Below, in pieces: positions 38,840-50,955 of a DNA stretch of 64,000 bases. Source of the stretch: Ginglymostoma cirratum (Eukaryota). Position 1 is the first letter of the stretch, and every line of letters begins with the position of its first letter. The notes under the pieces were generated by a model, which was not told the DNA's origin, searched no databases, and worked only from the letters and a program-made list of their open reading frames with translations. The position numbers were made by a program, and so were the translations under genes. The stretch spans positions 13,456,888-13,520,887 of the forward strand of contig JAHRHZ010000111.1 in NCBI GenBank assembly GCA_024137785.1, written 5' to 3'.

Positions 38840-39900
38840 AGTGTTGGCCCAGAAAAAAAAATGGACAATTACATTCAAAAAATGTTTTGTTTCTATAAGA
38901 AGAGCATCGAGGTTTAGTCAATCGTTTCAGTTGGATATACTTCAGAATTTGATAACACCATAAGACTGTTGTGCACAATGAATATGAGTTAGTCCCATAA
39001 AAGGCAAATAAACATCTGAAAAAGAAACATATCAGACTTTTGTTCAATTTACTAGAGAAAAGGAAATGCTGTTTGCTGGACAGTATAGGCCTATGAAGCT
39101 GGGAAGAATTTTAATACAATATTCATTTGGGAATGAGGTCCCACCTATGCAACCATAAAGCTTCTATATGAATGGAGGCAGATGATTACAAACCAGCTCA
39201 AGAGCAGACAGGTGGTAGCAAACCTTTCTTTGCAAACCTAAAAGAAGCTGTCGAGGTGATGAACAGAACATGAATTATAGTGAGGGTGATAACAGAAGTG
39301 AAAAGACAGATGCACCTCAGAACAGTAAAAAAAAGTGTGAATTAGGCCTGAGTTGAGGTAACAATATACTGCTTTTGCCATGTAAAAGACAAACCATGTT
39401 AAAGCAGACTTTGTGAAAATGCAAGCTAAACTCTTGGATATGTCTAGTGGTTGTTCTAGAAAATTTTGTATCAGTGAAGCTATGAGAACTGGGAACCATC
39501 TAATGTATTATTTTGTGGACGTAGATCAGAACATAAATGATCATGGGAGTTTCATATTTGAGGGTAAAATAACTCAATTTTTGTCTGTTGATGGGCCATA
39601 AAATCATTACCGTTAAAGGTACAGGGTTGGATTAAGCACTACTGTTAGCAAAAATTTTCTTTCTAGGAAGTGTGCTAAATAAAAGTGTTTCATACAAGAT
39701 ATCAACTGAAATTGTTTAATTATTGTGTGGAATGAATCTGAACTATCCTTTAGTCATTTAGCCAGTTATTATGGGAGTGGTGCCCAACGTGCCTGATAAT
39801 AAAGTCAACATTATCTTCGGAAAGACTCCAGCAGGTGATGGTGGGATGCTGCTGAACATTTCCACAGGATCTATTGAGATTATTAAGGCTAAATCTGTAT
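38840..39900 (+). mobile_element. Highly decayed Gypsy/Gmr1-like LTR retrotransposon gag-protease
   Basis: Broken frames give YELVP, QTFVQFTREKEMLF, CFC..HVKAD (zinc knuckle), KGTG..ALLL (DTG protease site) and VIMGVVP..P..VNIIFGKTPAG. Confidence 0.65.
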
Positions 39901-40332
39901 TTTCAAGGTAAATGGATATGGGAAAAAAACCCTATGTTGTTTCTGAATCTGTTGTGGAGGATAATGGTTTGACCGTCGAGTTGACAGTTCTAAACTCTGA
40001 AATTGAAAAGATATTTAAATCTCAGACTGAGAACAAAGAGTTAACAACCTCTGGAAATGAATTGATTCTGTCTGAATCAAATTTGCCCTCAAGTCCTAAT
40101 GCACAGGTATCAAATCAAAATTCAAGAGCCTTCAAGTCTAATCAAAACAAAATGACTTGGCTGGAACTAATGTTGTTACTATGGGACTCTAAAGATGTAT
40201 TGAAGTCTTAGAACACAAATTAAAAATAACAAAGGGGTGCATCTTTTGCTTAGAAAGAAATGCATAAAGTTCATGGTGAGTGTTAAGCTGAGAATACATA
40301 ATAACTTTACAGCTCACTAGAAACAAGTGTAA

Positions 40333-42360
40333 GGGGCTCAATCTGACTGTAAATCAGATGTGTCATTTTCATTGAGTTTCATGGAGGGTTTCTCTCCACG
40401 TGGCTCAGAGAGGTTTCTCACGCTATCTTCCCAAACTCATCTCATAACTTATGCCCCATGCCTGTGTGGCAATGCTGTGTCCCTGTTTTCCCACTCATTG
40501 CAGGTAAAAGTATTCACCGCTGTTGAGACATCCCAGGATCCCTGGTGACGATGTCATCTTTAAAACACAGCAACATAGAAAATAGGATCAGGAATGGGCT
40601 ATTTGGCCTTTCGAGCCTACTCTGCTATGCAGTACGATCACGGGTGGTCATCCTACTCCGTACCCTGTTCCTGCTTTCGCCCCATTCCCTTTGATCCCTT
40701 TAGCCCTAAGAACTGCATGTATCTCCTTCTTGAACACAGTCATTGTTTAGCCTCAACAGTTTTCTGTGGCAGAGAATTCCACAGGCTCACCACTCTCTGA
40801 GTGAAGACATTTCTTCTCATCTTAGTTCTAAATGGCCTACCCCATATCCTTAGACTGTGACCCCTGGTTCTGGATTCCCCGGCTGTGGGGAATATTCCTG
40901 TGTTTACCCTTTTTTGTCCTGTTAGAATTTAATAGGTTTCTGTGAGATTCCCCCTCATTCATTGCACTCCCTCCACAGCCAGAAAGTCCTTCTTCAGACA
41001 AAGAAACCAAAACTGTGCACTGTTCTCCAGGTATGGTCTCACCAAGACCCTGTCCATTTGTCATTCCTGCTCCTGTACTTAAATCCTCTCACTATGAAAC
41101 CAACATACCATTTGCCTTCTTCACTTCCTTAGCACCTGCATGCTAAATTTCAGCAACTGGTGTATAAGGACACCCAGGTTTTGTTGCACATCCCCCTTTC
41201 CCAATCTATTGCCATTCAGATAATCTGTTTTCCTGTTTTTGCTACCAATATAAATAACCTTGCTTCTGTCCACATTATACTCAATGTGCCATGCATGTGC
41301 CCACTCACTCAACTGGTCCAAATCACACAAACTATCTCTACATCCTCCCCATAGTTCACCGCACCCCACCCAGCTTTGAGTCGTCTGCAAAATTGGGGAT
41401 ATTACATTTAGATCCATCATCTAAATGTTTAGTATATATTGTAAATAGCTGGGGTCTAAACACTGGTCGCTGCATGCCACTCAGGAAATTATCCATTATT
41501 CTTATCCTTTGTTTCCTGTCTGCCAGCCAGTTCTCAATCAGTGTCAGTCCACCACTCCCAATCCCATGGGTTTAATTTTACATGTGAGACCTTATCAAAA
41601 GCCTCCTGAAAGTCCAAGTAAACCACATCCACTGGTTCCCCCTTATCAACTCTACTAGTTCTCCATCACATCCTGCTACTGGTTTCCAAGGGTTCTGATG
41701 TTAATTCTTTTATATCAGACTCTTAGAATTTTCCATACAACTGATGTCAGGCTGACAGATCTATATTTCCTGTTGCCTCTCTACCTCCTTTTTTAAATTG
41801 AGGAATTGCAATTGCTACACTTCAATCTTTTAGGAACTTTTCCAGAGTCTGGAGAATCTTGAAGGAATGACCAGCAATGCATCCAGTATTTCTCAGTCCA
41901 CTTCCTTAATTACCCTGGGATGTAGATTATCAGGCCCTGGTGATTTAATCCCATCTATTTCTAACAAAACACCATTTGTTAATACTGATTTCCTTTGGTT
42001 CATCTCTCACACTGGACCATCTGTTCCTAATATTTTTAGGACGTTATTTGTGTCATCCTTTGGGAAGACAGTCTCAAAATATGTATTTAATTGGTTTTCC
42101 ATCTCTTTGTTGCCCATTATAATTTATAAAGAAGACTGTTGTGCACCCAGTCAAGTGCTGTCATTCTGAAACGGCCCTGCATGGCTCCCTGTGAATTGCT
42201 CCAGGCGTGGCAAACAAGGGAAAATTACTGTAAGTTTTGCAGGCAGTGACCTAGACGACCTGGTGTATGGGGTGGTGCACAACAGAGTTGACCTCCTATC
42301 CCATTACCAGCAGAGAGGCTACAACATCAGACCCTGTCAGCCCAGTCCAATGTTACCACC
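40333..42360 (+). mobile_element. Harbinger relic (terminus plus Myb/SANT N-terminus at ~42190-42330) split by a minus-strand CR1 (~40565-42125)
   Basis: 40333-40455 resembles the reverse complement of 51075-51190; FAGSDLDDLVYGVV resembles the Myb-like start near 50950. Confidence 0.5.
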
Positions 42361-42674
42361 CTTGCATCATTTACGGGCTGAGAAGATACCACCCAAGAAT
42401 CATCAACCATCATTGGATCATCAACACAACCTCAACAAAGATCTTAAAGCATCAAAAGGGGATTTTTCTCAACAGAGAAACGAACTGCTGACACCAAAGA
42501 AGACAGTGCTTCTCCTGGGAATGAACACTGAAAGTTTTCATCTTGGGAGGTAACAAGAAATAGAAAAATGTACACCAGCATTTAGAGAGGAGGAAGGCCA
42601 TTTAGTTGTTTGTCTGGCTGAGGCACTCTTTATTGAGGTGGAAGATAAAAAATCTACACCTGCAACAGGGAACA

Positions 42675-43830
42675 GAAAAGTAACTCCCGAGAAAATATTG
42701 AGGAGTCCTCAAAAAAACAAGACTCCACATCATGCATCAGACTACTTGCTGATGTGGAAGTTGTTGCACAGCCTGTGTGTAATCTGTCATAATCCAACAT
42801 TGACTTGGAGATTAGCAAATGATCCTGGAAACTAAAGCCAATACCATTGCTGCATATTATGTACAAGGACCTGGAAAGCTTGTTACTCCAAAGCCTCACG
42901 CACCTCTTTGAAGATTACATCCCTAAGAAACATTGTATGTTCAGATCCATGGGAATACCAGCACAGCTGGTTACCAATTGTAGCTCAATATGACAGGGTC
43001 AGCTGTAGACTGGAGATAGTAGGAAGTGCAGATGCTGGAGAATCTGAGATAACAAGGTGTAGAGCTGGATGAACACAGCAGGCCAAGCAGCATCAGAGGA
43101 GCAGGAAGGCTGATGTTTCGGGCCTAGACCCTTCTTCAAGCTTGGCCTGCTGTGTTCATCCAGCTCTACACCTTGTTATCTCAGCTGTAGACTGGGCTGC
43201 CTCTTTCCCTGTGTCACAATAGTGACTGCACTTTGATTTGCTGTAAAGTACTTTGGGACATTCTGACCTATTGAGGGCATTGTATAAATGTAAATGACTG
43301 CCTATTTTGCCAGCATTGGTCATGAGCTGAGAACAACTTGTCTGTGGGCTTTATGCTGGTGGTTTTTGTTTGGTAGATATTCAGCGTGTTTTTGGAAATT
43401 GTTGGGAGAGATTTACGTGGTCTTATAATTTCACTCACTGTTGATTTGATGCAATATCTTTCTTTGCACCCACTTTTGCGACAGATGAGCCACAATTCTG
43501 ACTATTTTACCATGTTTCAAAGGCATAAAGAATAATGTGCAAAAACTGCACCTGCTGACATGTTCATTTCTTTTGACTTTTTTAAAACACAATTTATCAA
43601 AATGGTCGATGAAATGGTCAAACCTAATGGCGTGGAATAATAACTACAAATGTGGTAATGCATCCTGGCAGATAGGTTTTTGAAGTTCTGTAAGAATTAT
43701 CACTGCATTTGATTTCCATTGCTCAATAATCCATTCCAGTTTCACAACATTCAACAAATACTGAAGATTAAACATCACGGAAACAATGGTAAAATATAAT
43801 CACACAGATGCTTCAGTGCTGAAAAATAGT
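42675..43830 (-). repeat. Arm B of the long inverted duplication, carrying an extra insertion at 43014-43180
   Basis: Reverse complement of 36575-37570. Confidence 0.92.
43014..43180. mobile_element. Palindromic Penelope-derived insertion with 15-bp target-site duplication
   Basis: TCAGCTGTAGACTGG at 42999-43013 and 43181-43195; same family as 18413-19421. Confidence 0.8.
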
Positions 43831-46800
43831 CTGGAGTCAGAACTTGAACCTCTAGTCCAAAGACTGAGGTCAGAATCCTCCCAGCCCTTGAGCAGCATGA
43901 GCAATGTTAAGAAATTTGGAAGAACGTAGCAAGAATGATAGAATGAGATTCACAACCTTGAGAAAAATAAGTCTGATTTTATCCTTAAGGCTTCAACAGT
44001 TAGACAAGAATCTCACTTGTTAGCATCAAGAGCCCGGTTTGCAGTTATTTGCATCTCATTATTAGCTAATCTACACTCATTTTTATGCACTTTGTGATTC
44101 TTCGATGTAGTGATGAGAAATTAGACAGAGACAAGTCCCAGATTGAAAGTGTAAGTACTGCAGTTCACTAGTGCATTCTCCTGGCCTGTATATTTGCAAT
44201 CATTCCACAAACCACGGCCCCCCTCCCCTCCCCACCCCGCAGCACCCCACCATCCGTGGATGTCAATATTGGCAAAACACCAGCCTAATCATCTCCTCAT
44301 GGCCATTTTTGGAATCCTTCTGCACTAATTATTACTGCACTTCAGAACTCACTGGCACCTTGCATTGAAATGTTCCTGCCAGGCCATTTTGTGCAGAGGG
44401 CCATTCGCACATCTCATGCATCTGCACAGGATGTCTGTCAGGACTCTGAGCTTTTTCTTTAATTCACTCAGTATTTATTGCCTGACCCTCAATTGCCCTT
44501 GGGTAGGTGGTGTTGAGCTGCTTTTTCGAGCTGTTGCAGTCAATGCATTGTAGGTAGACCCACAATGTCCTCAGGGAGGGAATTCCATGATTTTTACCCA
44601 GCGATAGTGAAGGAACGGCGGTATATTTCCAAGTCAGGATAGTGAGTGGCTTGGAGGGGATCTTGGAAGTGGTAGCATTCCTATACATCTCCAGCCCTTG
44701 TCCTTTTAGACGGCAGTGGTCATGGGTTTGGCAGGTGCTGTCTAAGGACATTTGATGAATTTCTACAGCGCGTCTTGTAGATAGTACACACTGCTGGTTT
44801 GTGGATGTGGTGCCAATCAAGAGGGCTGCTTTGTCCTCAATGGTTTCAAGCTTCTTCAGTGTTGTTGAAACTGCACTCATCCAGGCAAGAGTATTCTGTC
44901 ACTCTCCTGACTTGTGCCTTGAAGATGATGGACAGGCTTTAGAAAGTCGGGAGTGAATTACTCGCTGTAATATTCCTGGCTTCTGATCTGATTTTGTAGC
45001 CACTGTGTTTGTATTTCTAGTCCAGTTAACTTTCTGGTGAGTGGTCAATTGATTGCATTATTAGAACTCACTCACCTTGTGCTTACTTGGACACTTGCTG
45101 CACCGTGTTTTTAGCGCAGATAGAAAATCAGGCAGCTCATCATTGCCAGTCAGCACTGAATAGATAAGAAGGTTGGACAGGTGACTGTATGGCACTGTGC
45201 TATGTCAATGTCACATCTGCAGCACGTGCCAACAGCTTCTGTGGAAACACACTGCACATGGTTCACCTTCATGGCCAAGTCCAAAACTCTAAGGGGACTA
45301 GTCTAATGGGAACTATGACCAGTCAGTGGTGCCACCACACTCAGGCAAGGACGTCGAATGATCTCAGTCCAATGGGTTGACCTTGGTCAGAAGAGTACTT
45401 GGTACAATCAGAGTCTGGGAATTTGTGTCCTTTTAATCCAGGGATTGGGCTATGGACAAGTCTGATCAATCTGGGAGGTACAGGTAAGTCAGTCAGGGAG
45501 CTGTAAGGACATCAGTCAGGTGCCTACTGTCCTCAATCAGGGTTGTCCGCACAAGTCAGTCCAGATGGTGGCACATGGCTAGTCAATGGTTAGTTGGACA
45601 GTAAATATCAAGAGTGGTTATCAGAGACCAGAAATACTATGTTGGGGAAAGTAGGAAATGCAAGTGTGGGGATTGAAGGCATTACACTGGGACACAAAGG
45701 GAATAATGACTGTGAAGGGGGTCAACTCCAAAACTAAGGGTGGCATCTGATATGGTATGGGATGCTGCAGGGAAGTGAGAGGTAGTGACGTGTTCGCAAG
45801 TCACCACCACCTGGTTTCAGCGTTGGGACTGGGGATCTCAATTATGGATGGGGCTATGAAGCAGACTGGGGCCGACAGAGAAAGTAAGGGATATCGATTG
45901 TTAAGTAAAAGGCTTGGTCGAGAACAGCGAGACCCTCAAAGCTGCTGGGGTGATAGGGACAGTGATACAAAGGATACATTAAGCGTTGGGGGTAGAATCT
46001 TGGCTTTGAGGTCAGGGCCTGGAACTCACTGTCACAAGCATGAACTGGGTAACATTCCATCTTCCACCAAATCTCAACATTGTAGTAAGAACAAAAAAAT
46101 GGCTGCCAACACTTTCACAGTGGATAGAGTAAGCTTGTTTTGTTTCTTCTGTTGGGCGTGGGCTGAATTGTGGGTGATATGAGGTTCTTCAACCTGGAAT
46201 TGCATTCAGGCATCTATTGATTCAATGAAGACATATTTCTGGCATCAAGTGACTCTACATGTGTTGCTCAGACACTGACCAACAACACACATTACAAATC
46301 CTGGCCACAAAATCATGGCCATGCATTGGTCATCATAAATTAATCCAAGTAAGCTTTGTGATGCAGTAGTAATTGCAGGTGAACTGAAAAATGTTGCCTG
46401 TGTGTGTAAATTCTCAATCAAAAGTTCTTGTAGCTAGATGCACAAGGCCACAGAGCTTCTTTCTCTCAAAGAGAAGTCCAAGTATGTGTGAACATAGGCC
46501 CTTATACTCAGTGTTATATTTCAGGGCTGACTCAGGCCAGGGCCAAAGGTACTATTCCTACCACAGTTACAATATCCCAAGGTATTTATACTTATGATGA
46601 CAGGGTTTGTGATACATACACCTACACCATGTCTATGGTCCACTTAGATGAATCTCATTGCCCTCATTTTGGGAAGCCTCCATGTCGTATTGTAAAGTCG
46701 TCTATGGTAAACTGTTATTTGTGTTTAATTTGACCACCTGGGAATCATTTCACTGATGAAGTATTATGTTTTTGGTATTCCCCACAAATGTTCATTACAT

Positions 46801-46984
46801 CCACCCTGAATGGTTCCTGCAATAACATGTGCTGTATCATTGTCGCAGTCATATGAAGACAATGCAGATGAATTCAAGAGGTTCGAAGGCATCAGAAACA
46901 CAGCAACCTCCAGCTGCTGCCTGACACCCTGTTTGTGAAGAAGTCGCAGCAGAAACTCCTCTCAGGATGTGCAGGGGTTTTAAA

Positions 46985-48240
46985 AGGCCCAGACTGTACA
47001 GGCCTAGCTATCATTTCCTCCAGACAACTAAAGCTCAGTGTAGGCACTGACTGAGGATGTCCTGTAATGGGGCAGGGATCCCAAGATACAACAGTGTCAT
47101 CTGCTGGCGCAGGACATGCTCTGAAGGAGTCAGTGAGCATCCCCCTCTAACTGGCAGTCAAGATGAAGGAGGGCTTAATTTTATGCGACTGGTCAGTCCT
47201 CAATACAAATGTACCAAAGATGTTAAAAATGAAATTTATGCAAAATCACACCACTTCATATCATTTCCCTGTGATGAGGTCAGTGCTACAGCCTGGTAAG
47301 TGGGATTTTCCAACATCACAGGCTATCACAGGCTATCACAGGTGCAGAGTGCTTTAGACTGCTCACACATATTATGATGTGGCTGAATTCATGACAGGAA
47401 AAGGTGTCACTTGATCAATGTTCAAATCATCCGTAATCTTTGCTACCATATCTTAGAGGTCTGTGCCTGGCATCCTGAAAGCTGTAAAGATACCTATATT
47501 CTTGATACCTCACGAATTCCTGCTTTATTCCAACGGTGAAATGCCTTACAAGGATGCAAGGCCACACTCCCTAACACATTTAAGGAACCCCTAACCAAGG
47601 CAAAGCAGATACCGTGCAGCCCATGGTTCACCAGGGCCGTCACAGAACAGACAATCGGGCTCCTCAAGATGAGGTTCCAATGTTTGAATCGGTCTGGAGG
47701 GGGCATTGCAATACACTGCAGATGGAGCAGTTCAGCTATGAAGAGAGGTTGGATAAGTTCAGATTGTTCTCTATAGAGCAGAGAAGGCAGAGAGGGGACG
47801 TGATATAAATCTATAAGATTGTGTTAGACGTGGACAAGACAGATAGAATGCAACTATTTCCCTTAATTGAAGGTCAATAACAAGGACCTAATTTTAAAGT
47901 GAATTGCAGAAGGTTTAGAGGGGATTTGAGGAAAATGAATTTATTTTACCTACAGAGCAGTGGGAATCCGGAATGCACTGCCTGGGAAGGTAGTTGAGGC
48001 AGGAAAACTCATAACCTTTAAAAGTACTTAGATAAGCACTTGAAATGTCATAAGAATGAAGAATATGGGCCAAGTGATGGAAAGTAGGACTGGTGTAGAT
48101 TTAGAGTAGTTCTTTGGAGTAGAGTAGGTGCAGATGGGATGGGCTGAAGGGCCTGTTTGTACTGTATGATTCTATGAGTGTGCCATTAATCCTGGTGTGC
48201 TGTTCTCTGCACAACTGGAGCCGGCAAAGAGGGGACGTCA
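46985..48240 (+). pseudogene. Harbinger (HARBI1-like) DDE transposase pseudogene interrupted by a CR1 3' fragment
   Basis: RLYRP..HFL..QCR, ALDCSH, RK..INVQ, TRAVTEQTIGLLKMRFQCLNRSGG, then after the insertion CCSLHNW..QRG. Confidence 0.8.
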
Positions 48241-49699
48241 TGGATGCTCAGGAGCTGAATAAGTGAAAGCATAGGAAAATGAGGGCATTGGACAGGAGGA
48301 ACATCACTTTCACCAGCATCGAGTGCAACAAGCCAGACTGAACTTCATTGATACTCACTTTGAAGAGATACTGAATTAGGTGAGTACATTATTAACTGCA
48401 TATGGATATCTGTCATTGCAAAGGCAAGCAGCAAATTTGATGCATTAAAACAAATGCATTTTCTTTGCTATTTCTTTCTCTGCCTTTCCTGTTGTATAAT
48501 GAAAGTTACCGTAATCAATCCTTTGAAAGTTTTACATCTCTGCTGCTCATATTCAGGACTGACAACATTGTCTGTTCTGAAAGGCATTAGAGAAAGATTA
48601 TCACTGATTCAAACAATATTCTAACATTGTATAGCACTAAGTGAAGTTCATATCTGAGGCCCCCTTCACGCTCTGGCATCCAAGAGCTACGCAATGAGTT
48701 CTGCCATGGCCATTATCAGTGTGAAAGGCATTTCTGCACAGACCCGTCTTACCCAAAATGGTTCAGCATTTGTGAATTCACATACTGTTAAATGAGCATG
48801 CAGTGTGTCAATAAACTTCACTACAACGTTTAAAATTCTGAACGGTGCTTAAAAATTCTTCTCCAAATAGACAAATGCACAATATGTCAAGTTTGAATGT
48901 TAATGGGAATACTGGACATTGTTCATCCTTGAGTGAGTGCATGCTTCCTTCTAAGGCATAAATGTAGAATTAACCCTTGCTCCCCCACCCCACCCCAAGA
49001 ATTGTAAAATTAATGAGCACTTATTTACACATATGAAGTTACCAAAAACATGGCATAAGTAGAGGAGAGTAGAAAGGATGTTCTCATTAATTTTGCAATC
49101 AGTAATCTCACTACCATACTAAGTCTTGGCTGTGGTCATAGACATAATTGTTGAAGGATGTGTGAAGTCTATAGCTATCTCGGATGGCGATAAGATTTAA
49201 GCAACGTCTTACCGTCATAATTTCTACCCTCCTTGGGATGTGTGAAGTGACTGCTTAACTTCGAAATGATCTTCAGTTAACCATGTCCTACATCTAAAAT
49301 GACTGATAGATTGAAAGTGCACATATTTACAGATGTGAATTTCTATTTACAATGCAATAACACTGTGCCACCTTTGTGTCCTCAGGGTTTTCTTTGTCTT
49401 TGTCTGTATCTAGGTGCAGTCCGAGGTTCCACAGCTGGAATGCAGAGAGACTGCTCTGCAATAGAACCTGTTGGCCTTGAGGATGTGGGTGGGTGACCAT
49501 AGACGATTGGGGCAGAAGGACCTACATGTGCTGAGGGTGTCCAGGCTAGATGCTGTTGCACACTCCTTAGCCACAACATCCACATAATTGGGGATTGCAA
49601 CTCCCAAAGGAGTTGGAGATGCTTCACAACTCAGAAAAGTCCTGGGAAGAGGCTCCTTGGGTGGGTGGGTTGGGGGGGCAGTGGTGCTATACGTAGTTC

Positions 49700-50955
49700 C
49701 TTCTCTATCTGGCTACCTGCTGGCACTACCCTGTCTCCTGGAGAGGAAAGGGTATCTGAAGTGAGCTTGAAATCTCTTGTCACCTTGCCAGGTTACAGTG
49801 TTTGTTGAACACCAATGGATAAATGTAGGTCTGTGTTCGTTTCTTGCAGCCAGTGCATGTTCTAATAGACCTGACTCCTCCAACCTTTGATTCAATGTAA
49901 CAATTGACTCTGATAAATCCGTCTGCTGCCCTTCTGTCTGCCTGAGCATTTGCACAAAGTTACTCATGGCTCACACCACGGGGTCCTCTCCTGCTTGGGG
50001 CTGAGTAGGTGTCTGGTCTCTGACAGTCCTCTGAGTGCCAACGGCTTGGGGCATTCCTTCCTCGGCCAGTTACAGATATGTTCCAGAGAGGTACTGATCA
50101 AAATGTGCTCCTGAGTCTAACCTGGGTAAAGTACAAAGCGAGATATCGGTATCTGAGCTGATAGAGGCTGCAGGAGGCAGTCTTCTCAAGTGAATCCACT
50201 GAGGGATCTGTGTCTGATGGCTGGTGGGGCTGTTTTGTTGTGGGAGGCACAAGTGTGAGTGTTGCTGGTGCCTGCAGAAGACAGACAGAGAGAAATAGTT
50301 GTGCAACAGGAAGTTTGAGAATACTATGAACATGTAGTGCTAATGGGAGAGCATCCTAACAGATCACAACTAATTTTATTGGCCATGGAGATCTCAGCAT
50401 CTGTAGAATCTTCTTTTCAAAGGGGTGAATGTTTTCATGCACTCACACATTTTTGACCTTTCTGACAGGTTTTGAGAAGGCTCCTCCTGCAGTGAGACAA
50501 AGGGAGGGGTTGGGTCAGATGAAAGTGCTTGGAAGGGTTGTTAGTTAGTGGTGGTGCAGGAAGAGGAGAAGTGGTGAGGTGTCTGTAGTGAATGAGTAGA
50601 GAACACAGGAAATCACAGTGTCCAGAGGAATGAGGTGGGTGCGATGGTTGAGAGTTGTTAAGTGAGGATGATGTGTGCAATATTGACATTGGTAGACTGT
50701 GAGCCTTTGTAGGAGCTGTGCACAGTGGTAGATTTACAGTGAATGTGAGGTAGCATACAGAACTTGGTGGCTTTTACCCTTGTGATGTGCAGAAGGTCAC
50801 TAACCCTCTTGAGGCATTGCTGACCAATCCTCCAGATCATTTCCTGGGTGGGTACCTCTGACCAGGCTGACAGAGTTTGGTTCCATCAGTCCTGAGGCAT
50901 AAGGACAGTTGTGTTCTCCACCACCCCATCCACCAAGACTATCAGTTCCATGTGG
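49700..50955 (-). pseudogene. Harbinger Myb/SANT-like partner pseudogene
   Basis: ELIVLVDGVV...QTLSAWSEV...GQQCLKRVSDLL followed by a splice donor. Confidence 0.65.

Noticed and set aside
43268-43495. 75-aa ORF overlapping the inverted-repeat core
   Set aside because: Non-ATG start, not listed as an ORF in the other arm, no recognisable homology.
36575-43830. DIRS-like or foldback element (inverted repeats flanking gag)
   Set aside because: The gag has a Gypsy-type protease, no tyrosine recombinase or TSD is visible, and both arms contain older SINE/L2 tails, which points to duplicated host DNA.
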